A stretch of DNA of 63,973 nucleotides, filler included, from a bacterium (GTDB lineage Bacteria > JALSQH01): assembly GCA_026985515.1 (NCBI GenBank). It is 9 parts of 9 records of this genome, joined end to end, with 100 filler letters (N's around TTAATTAATTAA, not from the genome) between each part and the next. Parts side by side here need not be neighbours in the genome. Positions count along the whole stretch, not along the records: positions 1 to 14,421 come from JALSQH010000097.1; 8 more parts are not named here. One strand, given 5' to 3'. Positions 1 through 9,273 of this stretch are shown here, in pieces. The notes beneath the pieces are model-generated. The model had not been told where the DNA came from, did no database searches, and saw only the letters and a program-made list of their open reading frames with translations. The translations under genes were made by a program, and so were the position numbers. Numbering within the stretch: position 1 is the stretch's first letter; each line of letters opens with the position of its first letter.

Positions 1-204
1 ATATTTTTCAGGAAGGGTGTTATCTACTGGCAGATGGAGAAGGGGGGGTTTTACCTTGCTTCTGGAAGTATTGTCCTTACCTCCATTATGATACTCAGCA
101 TTCTTTCTCCACCCAGAAAAACCTTTCTTGGCAGATTGAGTCTCGGCACTTTATTGATTTTAATACTCTATTTTGTTACTATATATGCGTCATGGCACGG
201 GTAA
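1..204 (+). CDS. C-terminal fragment of a membrane transporter, probably Na+/Ca2+ (cation:H+) antiporter family; not in ORF track
   Basis: Frame 1 is open from base 1 to TAA at 202-204: IFFRKGVIYWQ...SIVLTSIMILSILSPPRKTFLGRLSLGTLLILILYFVTIYASWHG, two hydrophobic helices; stop overlaps the sppA start. Confidence 0.5.
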   Translation: MFFRKGVIYWQMEKGGFYLASGSIVLTSIMILSILSPPRKTFLGRLSLGTLLILILYFVTIYASWHG

Positions 205-1097
205 AAAAAAGGATTATCCTCGGAGTAGGATTGTTCTTCCTTCTCCTTTTCTTCGGTTTTCTTCCGCTATTTCTGACTAAAGGTGAGATTACAGCTGGTT
301 CATCCTCTTCTAAAATCGGTCTCGTTAAAATTAACGGTGTAATAGTTTCCTCACAGCCATATGTGAGGGAGATCAGAAAATTTGCCAAAGATGATGATAT
401 AAGGGCTATTTTGCTCAGGATAAACAGTCCAGGTGGGGCAGTGGCACCTTCGCAGGAGATTTACAGGGAGATATTGAGGGCGAAAAAGAAAAAGATGATT
501 GTGGTTTCAATGGGTAATGTGGCTGCCTCCGGTGCCTATTACATCTCTTCTGCAGCCTCATATATCTTTGCAAATGCTGGTACACTGACGGGGAGCATTG
601 GAGTTATAATGGAGTATATGAATGTGGGGGAACTTATGAGCTGGATGAAGATAAAACCTGTTGTCATAAAAAGCGGCAGGTTCAAGGATACAGGTTCACC
701 CTACAGGGCTCCCACCCCGGAGGAGAAGAAGTATCTTCATACAATAATAATGGATGTTTATGATCAGTTCATCAATGATGTTTACAATGCAAGGAAAAGC
801 GCCGGCCTCAAAAAATCGTTGTTGAGAAAGATAGCTGATGGACGGGTTTTTTCTGGAAGAATGGCTTTGAAGTACCATCTGATTGATGCCATTGGAGATC
901 TTTATGACGCTGTTGATTATATAAAGAAGAAACTGCACTTAAAGGGTGAACCAAAGCTTGTAAGGTTCAGAAGAAAGGAGAATATATTTTCCATGCTTGT
1001 GGATTCACTTGCACATTTTTCAGGTTTTTCAGGGGAGGCAGGTCTGGGAGAAAATATGCTTTTCACAGGTTATAATATCTTTTACCTCTGGAGATGA
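192..1097 (+). CDS. sppA: Signal peptide peptidase SppA (S49, short type)
   Basis: N-terminal TM; LRINSPGG, VSMGNVAASGAYY, TGSIGV, ADGRVFSG motifs. Confidence 0.93.
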   Translation: MARVKKRIILGVGLFFLLLFFGFLPLFLTKGEITAGSSSSKIGLVKINGVIVSSQPYVREIRKFAKDDDIRAILLRINSPGGAVAPSQEIYREILRAKKKKMIVVSMGNVAASGAYYISSAASYIFANAGTLTGSIGVIMEYMNVGELMSWMKIKPVVIKSGRFKDTGSPYRAPTPEEKKYLHTIIMDVYDQFINDVYNARKSAGLKKSLLRKIADGRVFSGRMALKYHLIDAIGDLYDAVDYIKKKLHLKGEPKLVRFRRKENIFSMLVDSLAHFSGFSGEAGLGENMLFTGYNIFYLWR

Positions 1098-1101
1098 GAA
1101 A

Positions 1102-1599
1102 ATGGAAAGATTATGGGCACCATGGAGAATGGAGTATATTGATAAAGTGAATGAGCCAAAGGAGTGTATTTTCTGTGTTGACAATCCTTCGGAAGAGGAG
1201 ATGTTTGAAAGATTGATCCTGGTTGTGGAGGATCTTTATGTCATTATTATGAACAAATTTCCCTACAATACCGGGCATCTCCTGATTGCTCCCCGCAGAC
1301 ATGTTGGTGATTTTCTTGATCTCACTGAAGAGGAGGGGAAAGCCCTCTTTGAGGGTACCCGGAAGTCCATTGAAGTTCTTAAAAAAGTGATGAAGCCCCA
1401 TGGTTTCAATGTGGGATTGAATCTGGGGAAAGTTGCAGGTGCGGGTATTGTTGATCATCTTCATGTGCATGTTGTACCGCGCTGGAATGGAGATACGAAT
1501 TTCATGCCAGTTGTGGGTGAAACAAAGGTGATGCCCCAGTTACTCAAAGAGCTGTATCCCAGATTAAAGGAAGCCTTTGATAAATTGCGGGGTAAATGA
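1102..1599 (+). CDS. HIT-family hydrolase (Ap4A hydrolase/phosphorylase-like)
   Basis: Starts MERLWAPWRMEYI (ATG 1102, downstream of the ORF-track start); NKFPYNTGH and HLHVHVVPRW histidine triad. Confidence 0.92.
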   Translation: MERLWAPWRMEYIDKVNEPKECIFCVDNPSEEEMFERLILVVEDLYVIIMNKFPYNTGHLLIAPRRHVGDFLDLTEEEGKALFEGTRKSIEVLKKVMKPHGFNVGLNLGKVAGAGIVDHLHVHVVPRWNGDTNFMPVVGETKVMPQLLKELYPRLKEAFDKLRGK

Positions 1600-2768
1600 G
1601 CTATATCATAACCATCCTTATTCTACTGCTTCTCCTTCTTCTCGTTCTCTACTATCTTGTGAGGGAAGAGTCCAGAAAAAGCGCCAAGGTTCACAGAAGT
1701 CTTGTCAGAGGAATAGATTACGCCCTGTCCAACGATTTTGACAAAGCCATAGAAGAAATGCTGAAAGTGGTAAACAGATATAGAGAACTTGCTGAGCCCT
1801 ACATAAGCCTTGGAAATCTCTACAGGGCCAAAGGAGAGCTTGAAAATGCAATTCAGATTCATGAAAAAGTGGCAGCAAACAACCGTGTACCCGATTCTCT
1901 ACGCAGGGAGGCGCAGTACTTTCTCGGGGTTGACTACAGCAGAGCAGGTTTTTATGATCGTGCAGTGAATATTTTCCGTGAACTGAGTGAAAAGAGTGGT
2001 GAGGACATCCGGCCCCTCATAGAACTTGAGAAGATCTATGTTGAACTGGGCGACTGGGAGAAGGCGATTGAGATAAGATTGAAATTGATGAATCTTGAAA
2101 AGGATAGTGAGTCTCTGGTTAAAAGCGGCAATCTCCTTGCCCACTACATAACGGAGAAGAGTAAAGAATTGATTGCTTCTGGCAAACTGGATGAAGCTGA
2201 AGATATTTTAAAGAGGGCTCTGGAAAGAGCCCCCAATTTAGTTGATACTGTGCTGACCTATTCTGATTTATTGTACCGAAAAGGTGATTATGATGCACTG
2301 CTGCCCCTTTTTGATGGTATACTTGATACAGCTTTTGATTACCATTTTCTCATTCTTGATAGCATGGAGAGGATTTTTTCTGGTAGTGGCGAGTATGAGA
2401 AGTATGGTGAATTGCTGGAAAAGAAAATTAACTCTGGCAACTATTCTCCTCAGATATATGTTGCCTACTGCAAGTTTTTGAGAAAAAAAGGTGAAAAAGA
2501 AAAGGCAAGCAGAATGTTAAAGGAGTTTGTTTCAAAGTTCCCATATCAGGTTGAGGCGATTCAACTTCTTGCGGACATACTGCTTGAAATGGGTGAAGAG
2601 GAGGAGGCGCTGGAGTATTATAGAAAACTATCAAGGCTCGGATTAAATGATCCCCGTCCCTTTGTGTGCACCAGTTGCGGGTACAGAATGGAAGAGATGA
2701 GCTGGAGATGTCCAAAATGTGGCATGTGGGATAGTGTTAAATATATGCCTGTAAGGGCAGGATCATGA
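1596..2768 (+). CDS. lapB: LapB/YciM-like TPR protein with C-terminal rubredoxin-type Zn finger
   Basis: N-terminal TM, LGNLYRAKGE..AIQIH, LGVDYSRAGFYDRA, C-terminal CTSCG...WRCPKCGMWDS. Confidence 0.8.
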   Translation: MSYIITILILLLLLLLVLYYLVREESRKSAKVHRSLVRGIDYALSNDFDKAIEEMLKVVNRYRELAEPYISLGNLYRAKGELENAIQIHEKVAANNRVPDSLRREAQYFLGVDYSRAGFYDRAVNIFRELSEKSGEDIRPLIELEKIYVELGDWEKAIEIRLKLMNLEKDSESLVKSGNLLAHYITEKSKELIASGKLDEAEDILKRALERAPNLVDTVLTYSDLLYRKGDYDALLPLFDGILDTAFDYHFLILDSMERIFSGSGEYEKYGELLEKKINSGNYSPQIYVAYCKFLRKKGEKEKASRMLKEFVSKFPYQVEAIQLLADILLEMGEEEEALEYYRKLSRLGLNDPRPFVCTSCGYRMEEMSWRCPKCGMWDSVKYMPVRAGS

Positions 2769-3517
2769 AGGATCAGATTGGAAAATGGTTGGACAGGTTT
2801 AAAGAGGGAAGTATTTCAAAGGAAGAATTAATTGAAAAATTGAAAAAACTTCCTTTTGAGGATCTCGGCTTTGCCAAAATAGATCATCACCGGGAACTGC
2901 GGCACGGTTTTCCCGAAGTTATATTTGGGAGCAGTAAGAGCACAGAGCAGCTGGAAAGTATTGTTAAGAATTTTTTTGAAAATAACAGGAAAATACTGAT
3001 TACCCGCCTTCCAGAGGATAAGGCCAGTTACCTCAAAAACAGGTTCCCCGAACTGAACTGGTTTCCCGAAGCAAAATTGATGACATTTCCCCATCCTGAT
3101 GAAGTAGAAATAAAGTCCGGAAAGGTGATCCCTGTTGTGTGTGCAGGTACCTCTGATTATCCTGTTGCCATGGAGGCATATATTACCGGGAGGATGCTTG
3201 GTAACCGGATGGAGCTCATAACTGATGTTGGCGTTGCAGGTATCCACAGAATCACCCCCTACCTGGACCTTTTCAATAGTGCGAGAATAATAATAGTGGT
3301 GGCGGGCATGGAGGGTGCACTCCCAAGTGTTATTGCAGGTATGGTTTCTAAACCTGTTGTTGCCGTTCCCACCAGTGTGGGATATGGTGCAAGTTTTGGT
3401 GGTCTTTCGGCACTTCTTGCCATGCTGAATTCATGCGTTTCTTCCGTTGTTGTGGTCAACATAGATAATGGATTTGGTGCCGCATATTTCGCTTCAATGA
3501 TAAACAGGGAGGATTAA
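2765..3517 (+). CDS. larB: Nickel-pincer cofactor biosynthesis protein LarB (AIR carboxylase-like)
   Basis: DHHRELRHGFPEVIF, AGTSD, DVGVAGIHR, AGMEGALPSV, PTSVGYG, VNIDNGFGAA. Confidence 0.92.
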   Translation: MKDQIGKWLDRFKEGSISKEELIEKLKKLPFEDLGFAKIDHHRELRHGFPEVIFGSSKSTEQLESIVKNFFENNRKILITRLPEDKASYLKNRFPELNWFPEAKLMTFPHPDEVEIKSGKVIPVVCAGTSDYPVAMEAYITGRMLGNRMELITDVGVAGIHRITPYLDLFNSARIIIVVAGMEGALPSVIAGMVSKPVVAVPTSVGYGASFGGLSALLAMLNSCVSSVVVVNIDNGFGAAYFASMINRED

Positions 3518-3519
3518 GG

Positions 3520-4674
3520 ATGAAAGCAGGAATTGACCCGATTGGTGGAGCAAGCGGGGATATGTTTCTTTCAGCGCTGGCTGATATTGGAATTGACCTG
3601 GGGGCTATTTTCAGGCGAGTGGCAAAGTACATACCGGGAGAGTTTAAATGGGAGATCGATACGGCTGAAAAGTATAAACTTTATGGTAAAAAAGTTAAAA
3701 TCATTGCTCCTCCTGAGAGAGGTCATAAAAGGACTTTCAAAATAATAAGTGAGATGGTTGACACTACAGATTTTTCCTCGCAGGTTAAGAGTCTTATAAA
3801 GGAGGTCTTTTACTACATAGCCGAAGCGGAGGCAAAAATTCATAATAGAGATATTGATTCTGTTCATTTCCATGAGACGGGAGCTGTGGATTCCATTGTG
3901 GACATTTTCTCCTTTGCCCTTGCATGGGAGGAACTTGGCTTCCCGGAGAGTGTACTTCTAAGGGACATTCCTTTAGGGAAGGGGTACGGTATTGCCCAGC
4001 ATGGACCAATTCCATATCCTGCTCCTGCCACCATTGAGATTTTGAAGGGTGTGAGGGTGGAGTGGATAGATATTGAGAATGAAACTGTGACTCCCACAGG
4101 TGCGGCAATAATTAAAGCCTTAAAACCTTTTACAATTCCCGCGTCCGGGGTCATAGTTAAATCTGGTATTGGCATCGGTGATCATGATTTTAAGAATGTT
4201 CCCAATATATTGAGAATAGTTTTACTTGAAGAGGAGGGAGAAAGGGACCTTATCTGGGTGGTGGAAACCAACATCGATGATATGACTCCCCAGCAGGTAA
4301 GTGAGTTGCAGGAGAGATTGATAAATGATGGAGCCCTTGATGTTTACATCTATCCTGCGATGATGAAGAAGGGAAGGAGTGGTTTTAAATTTGAAATTCT
4401 AATTTCTCCAGAGCAGAAAGAAAAGGTTGTGAAAGATCTTTTCACCTTTTCAACAACCATTGGGGTGAGGGAGAGAATTGTCTGGAGAAAGCTACTTCCC
4501 CGCAGGTACCTTGAGCTTGATACCAGGTATGGAAAGGTAAGGTATAAAGAGATAGAGAAGAATGGAAAGAAATTTTTAATCCCTGAATTTGACGATGTTA
4601 AGAGAATAGCAAAGGAGAAAAACATTTCATCTTTTGAAGTATATAATGAACTGATGAAAGTGGGTTCATCCTGA
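3520..4674 (+). CDS. larC: Nickel insertase LarC (DUF111)
   Basis: GASGDMFL, AEAKIH...VHFHETGAVDSIVD, HGPIPYPAPAT, TPTGAA, ETNIDD, MKKGR, PEFDD. Confidence 0.92.
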   Translation: MKAGIDPIGGASGDMFLSALADIGIDLGAIFRRVAKYIPGEFKWEIDTAEKYKLYGKKVKIIAPPERGHKRTFKIISEMVDTTDFSSQVKSLIKEVFYYIAEAEAKIHNRDIDSVHFHETGAVDSIVDIFSFALAWEELGFPESVLLRDIPLGKGYGIAQHGPIPYPAPATIEILKGVRVEWIDIENETVTPTGAAIIKALKPFTIPASGVIVKSGIGIGDHDFKNVPNILRIVLLEEEGERDLIWVVETNIDDMTPQQVSELQERLINDGALDVYIYPAMMKKGRSGFKFEILISPEQKEKVVKDLFTFSTTIGVRERIVWRKLLPRRYLELDTRYGKVRYKEIEKNGKKFLIPEFDDVKRIAKEKNISSFEVYNELMKVGSS

Positions 4675-4696
4675 CTTTTGTTAATTTTGATAAAGG

Positions 4697-5485
4697 TCAG
4701 TCAGAAGTTTTTTTCTTTCTTCCAAAGATACCTGCAATTATCACGCTGATTTCGTAAAGTATCAGAAGAGGAATAGCCATCATTATCTGGCTCATAACAT
4801 CAGGTGGTGTCAGAATAGCTGAAACAGTAAAAATCACGACAACTGCGTACTTTCTCCAGCGGGAGAGCATCTCTTTTGTTATTATTCCAAGTCTTGCAAG
4901 AAAAAGGGTTATGAGGGGAAGTTCAAAAATTATTCCAAAGGCAAGGAGCATCCTGGTGGCAAAGGAGAAGTATTTCCCCATGGAAAGAGAGGGAACAATT
5001 GTCTGATTGGCAAAACTCACGAAAAATTTAAAGGCAAATGGAAAAACTATAAAGTAACCGAAAAAAGCTCCTCCGATAAAAAAGAATGTGGCTGATACAA
5101 CAAAGGGAATAACATACTTCCTTTCATGCGGATAGAGGCCTGGAGCTATAAACTTCCATATTTCCCAGAAAATCACCGGAGAGGCAAGAAAAAGACCCGA
5201 TACAAGGGCAACTTTAAGATAGGTTATGAATGGTTCCGTTAAGGTGAGAAACACCATTTTCCCGTTTTTTGGTGGAAGTACCTTTATCAGAGGATCAATA
5301 AGGACCCAGTAAATATCTTCTGAAAAATGATAACTGATGGCAAAGCCGATCAGGATGGCAATGAAGGAATTTATAAGTCTTTTGCGGAGTTCTGCGAGGT
5401 GTTCGGTGAGGGTCATCTCACCCAGATCATCCTTCCTCTTCTCTTCCTCCTGCTCCAGATTCTTCTCCTCTTTCATTTTCTCCAC
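4697..5485 (-). CDS. tatC: Twin-arginine translocase TatC
   Basis: MTLTEHLAELRKRL, FIAPGLYPHER, FELP, LTPPD, LYEISV. Confidence 0.95.
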   Translation of the reverse strand: MEKMKEEKNLEQEEEKRKDDLGEMTLTEHLAELRKRLINSFIAILIGFAISYHFSEDIYWVLIDPLIKVLPPKNGKMVFLTLTEPFITYLKVALVSGLFLASPVIFWEIWKFIAPGLYPHERKYVIPFVVSATFFFIGGAFFGYFIVFPFAFKFFVSFANQTIVPSLSMGKYFSFATRMLLAFGIIFELPLITLFLARLGIITKEMLSRWRKYAVVVIFTVSAILTPPDVMSQIMMAIPLLILYEISVIIAGIFGRKKKTSD

Positions 5486-5717
5486 TACCTTCTGGATTTT
5501 GAAGTTCCGATTCCATATTATTTGCCTCTTTCTCTATTTCCTCATCAAGATTTTTCACTTCTTCCTCAATGTCAAATTTAACACTCTCCATCGTTTTTCT
5601 GAATTCATAGTATGCCTTCCCAAGGGAAGTTGCAATTTTTGGCAACTTCTCCGGTCCAAAGATGATCAGAGCAATGACAAAAATAAGAACTAATTCCCAG
5701 AATCCGATTCCGAACAT
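5427..5717 (-). CDS. tatB: Twin-arginine translocase TatA/TatB family subunit
   Basis: MFGIGFWELVLIFVIALIIFGPEKLP; adjacent to tatC; acidic tail (TatA vs TatB not fully resolvable). Confidence 0.75.
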   Translation of the reverse strand: MFGIGFWELVLIFVIALIIFGPEKLPKIATSLGKAYYEFRKTMESVKFDIEEEVKNLDEEIEKEANNMESELQNPEGSGENERGEESGAGGREEEG

Positions 5718-5724
5718 CAGTAAT

Positions 5725-5753
5725 AGGATATCATTTAGACTCTATTTGTGCAA
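5725..5753 (-). promoter_or_regulatory. Putative sigma70 promoter for tatB-tatC
   Basis: Minus strand TTGCAC-N17-TATCCT with TG extension, 7 nt before ATG, no SD. Confidence 0.45.
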
Positions 5754-5764
5754 TTGAAATTGTA

Positions 5765-5793
5765 TTGACAGGTAGCTGAAAAATCGTTATTCT
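5765..5793 (+). promoter_or_regulatory. Putative sigma70 promoter for the GltF/AglRQS/GltG-like operon
   Basis: TTGACA-N17-TATTCT. Confidence 0.55.
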
Positions 5794-5803
5794 ATATTAT
5801 GAA

Positions 5804-6052
5804 ATGAAAAGGATAGTGCTTGTAGCGGGTTTAGTTGTTCTCTTATTTTCTCCTGTTCAGGTGAAAGGAGAAACGGTTTTGAAATTCAAAGCCATTGAAA
5901 TTAAGGGTAGGATTCAGAAACCTCAGGTAACTTACATTCTCCCGAGGTCAAATCTTATCAGAATAGGAGAAAACCTCAAAGATCTCGAACCTGATTTTAT
6001 GGATCAGGTCTGGAAGAATCTTTCGGAAGAACCAAAGGAAAATTTTAAGTAA
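5804..6052 (+). CDS. Small secreted protein resembling gliding-motility GltF/CglF-type proteins
   Basis: Signal peptide followed by IEIKGRIQKPQVTYILPRSNL motif; first gene before a MotA/ExbD/ExbD/TonB-like set. Confidence 0.6.
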   Translation: MKRIVLVAGLVVLLFSPVQVKGETVLKFKAIEIKGRIQKPQVTYILPRSNLIRIGENLKDLEPDFMDQVWKNLSEEPKENFK

Positions 6053-6061
6053 AGGAGGAAT

Positions 6062-6706
6062 TTGATGCTGGTATCAATTGCTCGTGCTTTTCAGCAGGGT
6101 GGTCCATTTATGTATGGAATAGGACTTGTTTCAGCTTTTGCCTTCGCAATAATAGTTGAGAGGACATATTACCTTTTCTTTAAGTTTGATGTTAAAGCAG
6201 ATGCTATCTGGCCGGAAATTCTGAATCATCTGAAAAAGGGAGATATAAAGGGAGCAATAAAAATTGCCGATGATGTAACAGTACCCTTTTTCTATGTGGT
6301 GAGACATGCTCTGGAACACATTGATACTGGAAGGATTAAGGATTTTGCCATGGAGGCCTACTACGAGGTTGAACCTGAACTGAATAGAAGAATCGGGTAT
6401 GTGTCACTCCTTGCCAATATAGCCACTCTTCTTGGACTTTTAGGAACAATTACCGGTTTAATAGCTGCCTTCATGGGTGTTGCTGCTGCTGACCCTGGAG
6501 AGAAACAGAGAAAACTTGCCAGCGGGATTGCAACGGCAATGAATACCACAGCCTTTGGACTTATTGTTGCAATTCCATGTTTAATAGCTTTTTCTATTTT
6601 AAAGGCTAAAGCGGATAATATCCTCAACAAAGTGGAGGAGTACAACAGGAAGCTTGTGGATTATGTTACACATCACATTTACAACAGCAATTCGGGAGGA
6701 GAATAA
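6062..6706 (+). CDS. MotA/TolQ/ExbB proton channel protein (AglR-like)
   Basis: GGPFMY, ANIATLLGLLGTITGLIAAF, LASGIATAMNTTAFGLIVAIP. Confidence 0.93.
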   Translation: MMLVSIARAFQQGGPFMYGIGLVSAFAFAIIVERTYYLFFKFDVKADAIWPEILNHLKKGDIKGAIKIADDVTVPFFYVVRHALEHIDTGRIKDFAMEAYYEVEPELNRRIGYVSLLANIATLLGLLGTITGLIAAFMGVAAADPGEKQRKLASGIATAMNTTAFGLIVAIPCLIAFSILKAKADNILNKVEEYNRKLVDYVTHHIYNSNSGGE

Positions 6707-7287
6707 TGGCTTTTAAACCAACTGCAAGAAGTGAAAGGGAAATAAAATCCCAGGAACCAAACCTTATCCCAATAATGAATCTTATGGTTATTCTGATCCC
6801 GATGCTTCTGCTGAACTATCATTTCATTACTCTTGCCATGCTTAATACATCACTTCCCGCTTCTGGTGAGGGAGCAGCCGAAAATCAGCAGAAAAAGAAG
6901 AAAGAGGAGAAGCCAAGACTGAATCTCACAATATCAATCACTGATAAAGGGTTTATAATTGCAGGTGCAGGGGGTGTCCTTGTAAAGGGTAAGGGACCCA
7001 CCATACCTCTGAAAACCACTGACCCAAATGTGCCTCAGTGGAAGAGATATAATTATAAAGCCCTCAACGAAGAACTTATTAAGATAAAGAAAAAGTATCC
7101 TTATGAACAGGATGCAATTATTGCAGCTGAACCAAACATTAAATATCAGACTATCATATCCACAATGGATGCGACACGTAAGGTGATGTCAGATAAACCC
7201 ACTGAAGATCTGAACGGTGACGGTAAGATTGACAGCAGGGATCTGATTCTATTTCCAGGTATTAATTTGAGTCCCGGTATTTTTTAG
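6706..7287 (+). CDS. ExbD/TolR family protein (AglQ-like)
   Basis: PNLIPIMNLMVILIPMLL TM; IIAAEPNIKYQTIISTMDATR ExbD C-terminal motif. Confidence 0.85.
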   Translation: MAFKPTARSEREIKSQEPNLIPIMNLMVILIPMLLLNYHFITLAMLNTSLPASGEGAAENQQKKKKEEKPRLNLTISITDKGFIIAGAGGVLVKGKGPTIPLKTTDPNVPQWKRYNYKALNEELIKIKKKYPYEQDAIIAAEPNIKYQTIISTMDATRKVMSDKPTEDLNGDGKIDSRDLILFPGINLSPGIF

Positions 7288-7292
7288 GAGGT

Positions 7293-7844
7293 GTGAAAAT
7301 GGCGAAGTCTCCATCAAAAAGGCCAGGTGTAGGGAGAAGAAAACAGGAGGAAGCCAAACTTACTCTGACATCAATGATGGATATGTTTACAATTATTCTT
7401 GTTTTCCTTATGAAGAGTTATTCAACAGATGTGGAGGTTAATGTTGATGCATCCATGGCACAGAGACTCCCCGTATCTATATCAGAGGCCAAACTTGAAC
7501 AGGATGCTGAGGCGGTGGTGCAGATTACACCTGACGCCATTCTCGTTAAAAATAAGCATGTGGTAACCCTTAACAATTTTAAGGTTCCAAAAACTGCCCT
7601 TGATCCCACAAATCCTTTTCTTATCGTTCCCCTCTATGATGAGTTAAACAATCTGAAGGAAATGGCTTTAAAGCTTGAAGAAGCTGGTGCCATAGTTAAT
7701 GGAAAACCATATAGATTTCAGGGGATTCTTGTCATAAAGGGTGATAAAAATATGCCAAGTTCTCTATTGATGAAGGTGATGTATACCGCCGGTCAGGCTG
7801 AGTTTGCCAAAATTTACCATACTGCCATAAAGGAAGGTGGATAA
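7293..7844 (+). CDS. Second ExbD/TolR family protein (AglS-like)
   Basis: LTLTSMMDMFTIILVFLMKSYS TM; IKGDKNMPSSLLMKVMYTAGQAEF. Confidence 0.87.
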   Translation: MKMAKSPSKRPGVGRRKQEEAKLTLTSMMDMFTIILVFLMKSYSTDVEVNVDASMAQRLPVSISEAKLEQDAEAVVQITPDAILVKNKHVVTLNNFKVPKTALDPTNPFLIVPLYDELNNLKEMALKLEEAGAIVNGKPYRFQGILVIKGDKNMPSSLLMKVMYTAGQAEFAKIYHTAIKEGG

Positions 7845-9273
7845 GATGGGTGTGAAACTTTTTGTTATTGAGAATGGTTCGATAACAAAGACTTATGAAG
7901 TGGATGGGCAAAATGTAACCAGGGTTGATGCTGGTCTGCGAGGGAAAAATATTCTGTTGAGTAAAGGACCTGATAATTTCCCTCTTGTTATGTTCCACAA
8001 CGATAAATTTTACTTTTCCCTTCCTCCGTACACTTTTAATGGATTTGTTGAGAAAAGATCTGGCAGATATTCTATTGATGAACTTGTTCAGAAGGGAATT
8101 GGTAAGGAATCTCAGGGATTGATCTGGGGAATAGTTGATCCCTCCACACTGGTAGAAATTGAGAATCAGAATTTAAAAGTGGTCATTGCAGGTGAAAACA
8201 GAGTCTCAGAGATAGAAAAGAGATACTCTGAAAGCAGGGAAAAAAGCGAAAGTAAAGTCGCAGAGGGAAAAACCAGACAAAAGCAAACTGTGACATCCGC
8301 TCAACCCCTTTCTCTTGCCGGTGCTGGTGGACCTTCAGTTGGTTATTTTGATTTCCATGAAATGCGGAAGAGGACAGCTTTTGTTTATTTTGTCATTCTT
8401 TCTATATCTGTTGTAATTGCAGTGGTTATGATGGGGATTCTGGGAAGTATGAAGCTTCCTCCTGAAAAGGCAGATATAACAGCTATCCCCACGAGGTTTG
8501 CAAAATTAATTGTGGAAAATGTACCCAAGCCCGAGAAAAAGAAGGAAGTCGGTACAGGGGAGAAGAAAGAGGAGAAACAGACGAAAGCCCAGAAGATGGA
8601 AGAGACAAAAGAACAGGAGAAGGCTGCAACTGGTAATGTAAGTGAAAAGGCCAGGAAAGAAGCTATCAGAAGAAAGATAAGGCATGTTGGGGTTATTGCA
8701 ATTCTCACATCAAAGGGTGGTCAGGGAATAGTTAAGGATGTTGTAAGTGCGGCCAATTCCATTGGTGACCTTGATCAGGTGCTGTCAAGTATGGGAGGTG
8801 TGGAAACTGCCAAAGCAGGGATGGACATAGAGGCCATTAAAAAAACGAGAGTGGGAGGGGCGGTTGCATCGGCTGATATTGGAAGCCTTGGAGTGGGTCC
8901 CGGACAGAAGGTTGCTCTTGGAAGTAAAAAGATCAGAAGAGTTAGAGCATCCATAAATCTTGGTGGTGGTAAAATCAGCGGAGCCCTTGCCGGAGAAGTT
9001 ATCAGAAGAACGGTTAGAAGGAATATTAATGGAGTTAAATACTGTTATGAAAAGGAGTTGAAGAGAAACCCCAAATTACAGGGGAAAATTGTTGTTCTTT
9101 TCACAATTGGCAGGGATGGAAGGGTAAAGAAAGCGAGAATACAGTCCACGACGATGCACAATGAGGCTGTTGAATCATGTATTTTAAGAATGATAAGAAG
9201 ATGGCGATTTCCAAGACCAGAGAAGGGCAGTGTTACTGTTAGTTATCCTTTTATTTTCACTCCAGGTTCATAA
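7837..9273 (+). CDS. GltG/PglI-like TonB-type transducer with AgmX/PglI C-terminal domain
   Basis: Cytoplasmic N-domain, single TM, IPTRFAKLIV motif, Lys/Glu and Gly-rich linker, VKYCYEKELKRNPKLQGKIVVLFTI...VESCIL..IRRWRFPRP..G.VTVSYPFIF. Confidence 0.85.
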   Translation: MDKMGVKLFVIENGSITKTYEVDGQNVTRVDAGLRGKNILLSKGPDNFPLVMFHNDKFYFSLPPYTFNGFVEKRSGRYSIDELVQKGIGKESQGLIWGIVDPSTLVEIENQNLKVVIAGENRVSEIEKRYSESREKSESKVAEGKTRQKQTVTSAQPLSLAGAGGPSVGYFDFHEMRKRTAFVYFVILSISVVIAVVMMGILGSMKLPPEKADITAIPTRFAKLIVENVPKPEKKKEVGTGEKKEEKQTKAQKMEETKEQEKAATGNVSEKARKEAIRRKIRHVGVIAILTSKGGQGIVKDVVSAANSIGDLDQVLSSMGGVETAKAGMDIEAIKKTRVGGAVASADIGSLGVGPGQKVALGSKKIRRVRASINLGGGKISGALAGEVIRRTVRRNINGVKYCYEKELKRNPKLQGKIVVLFTIGRDGRVKKARIQSTTMHNEAVESCILRMIRRWRFPRPEKGSVTVSYPFIFTPGS

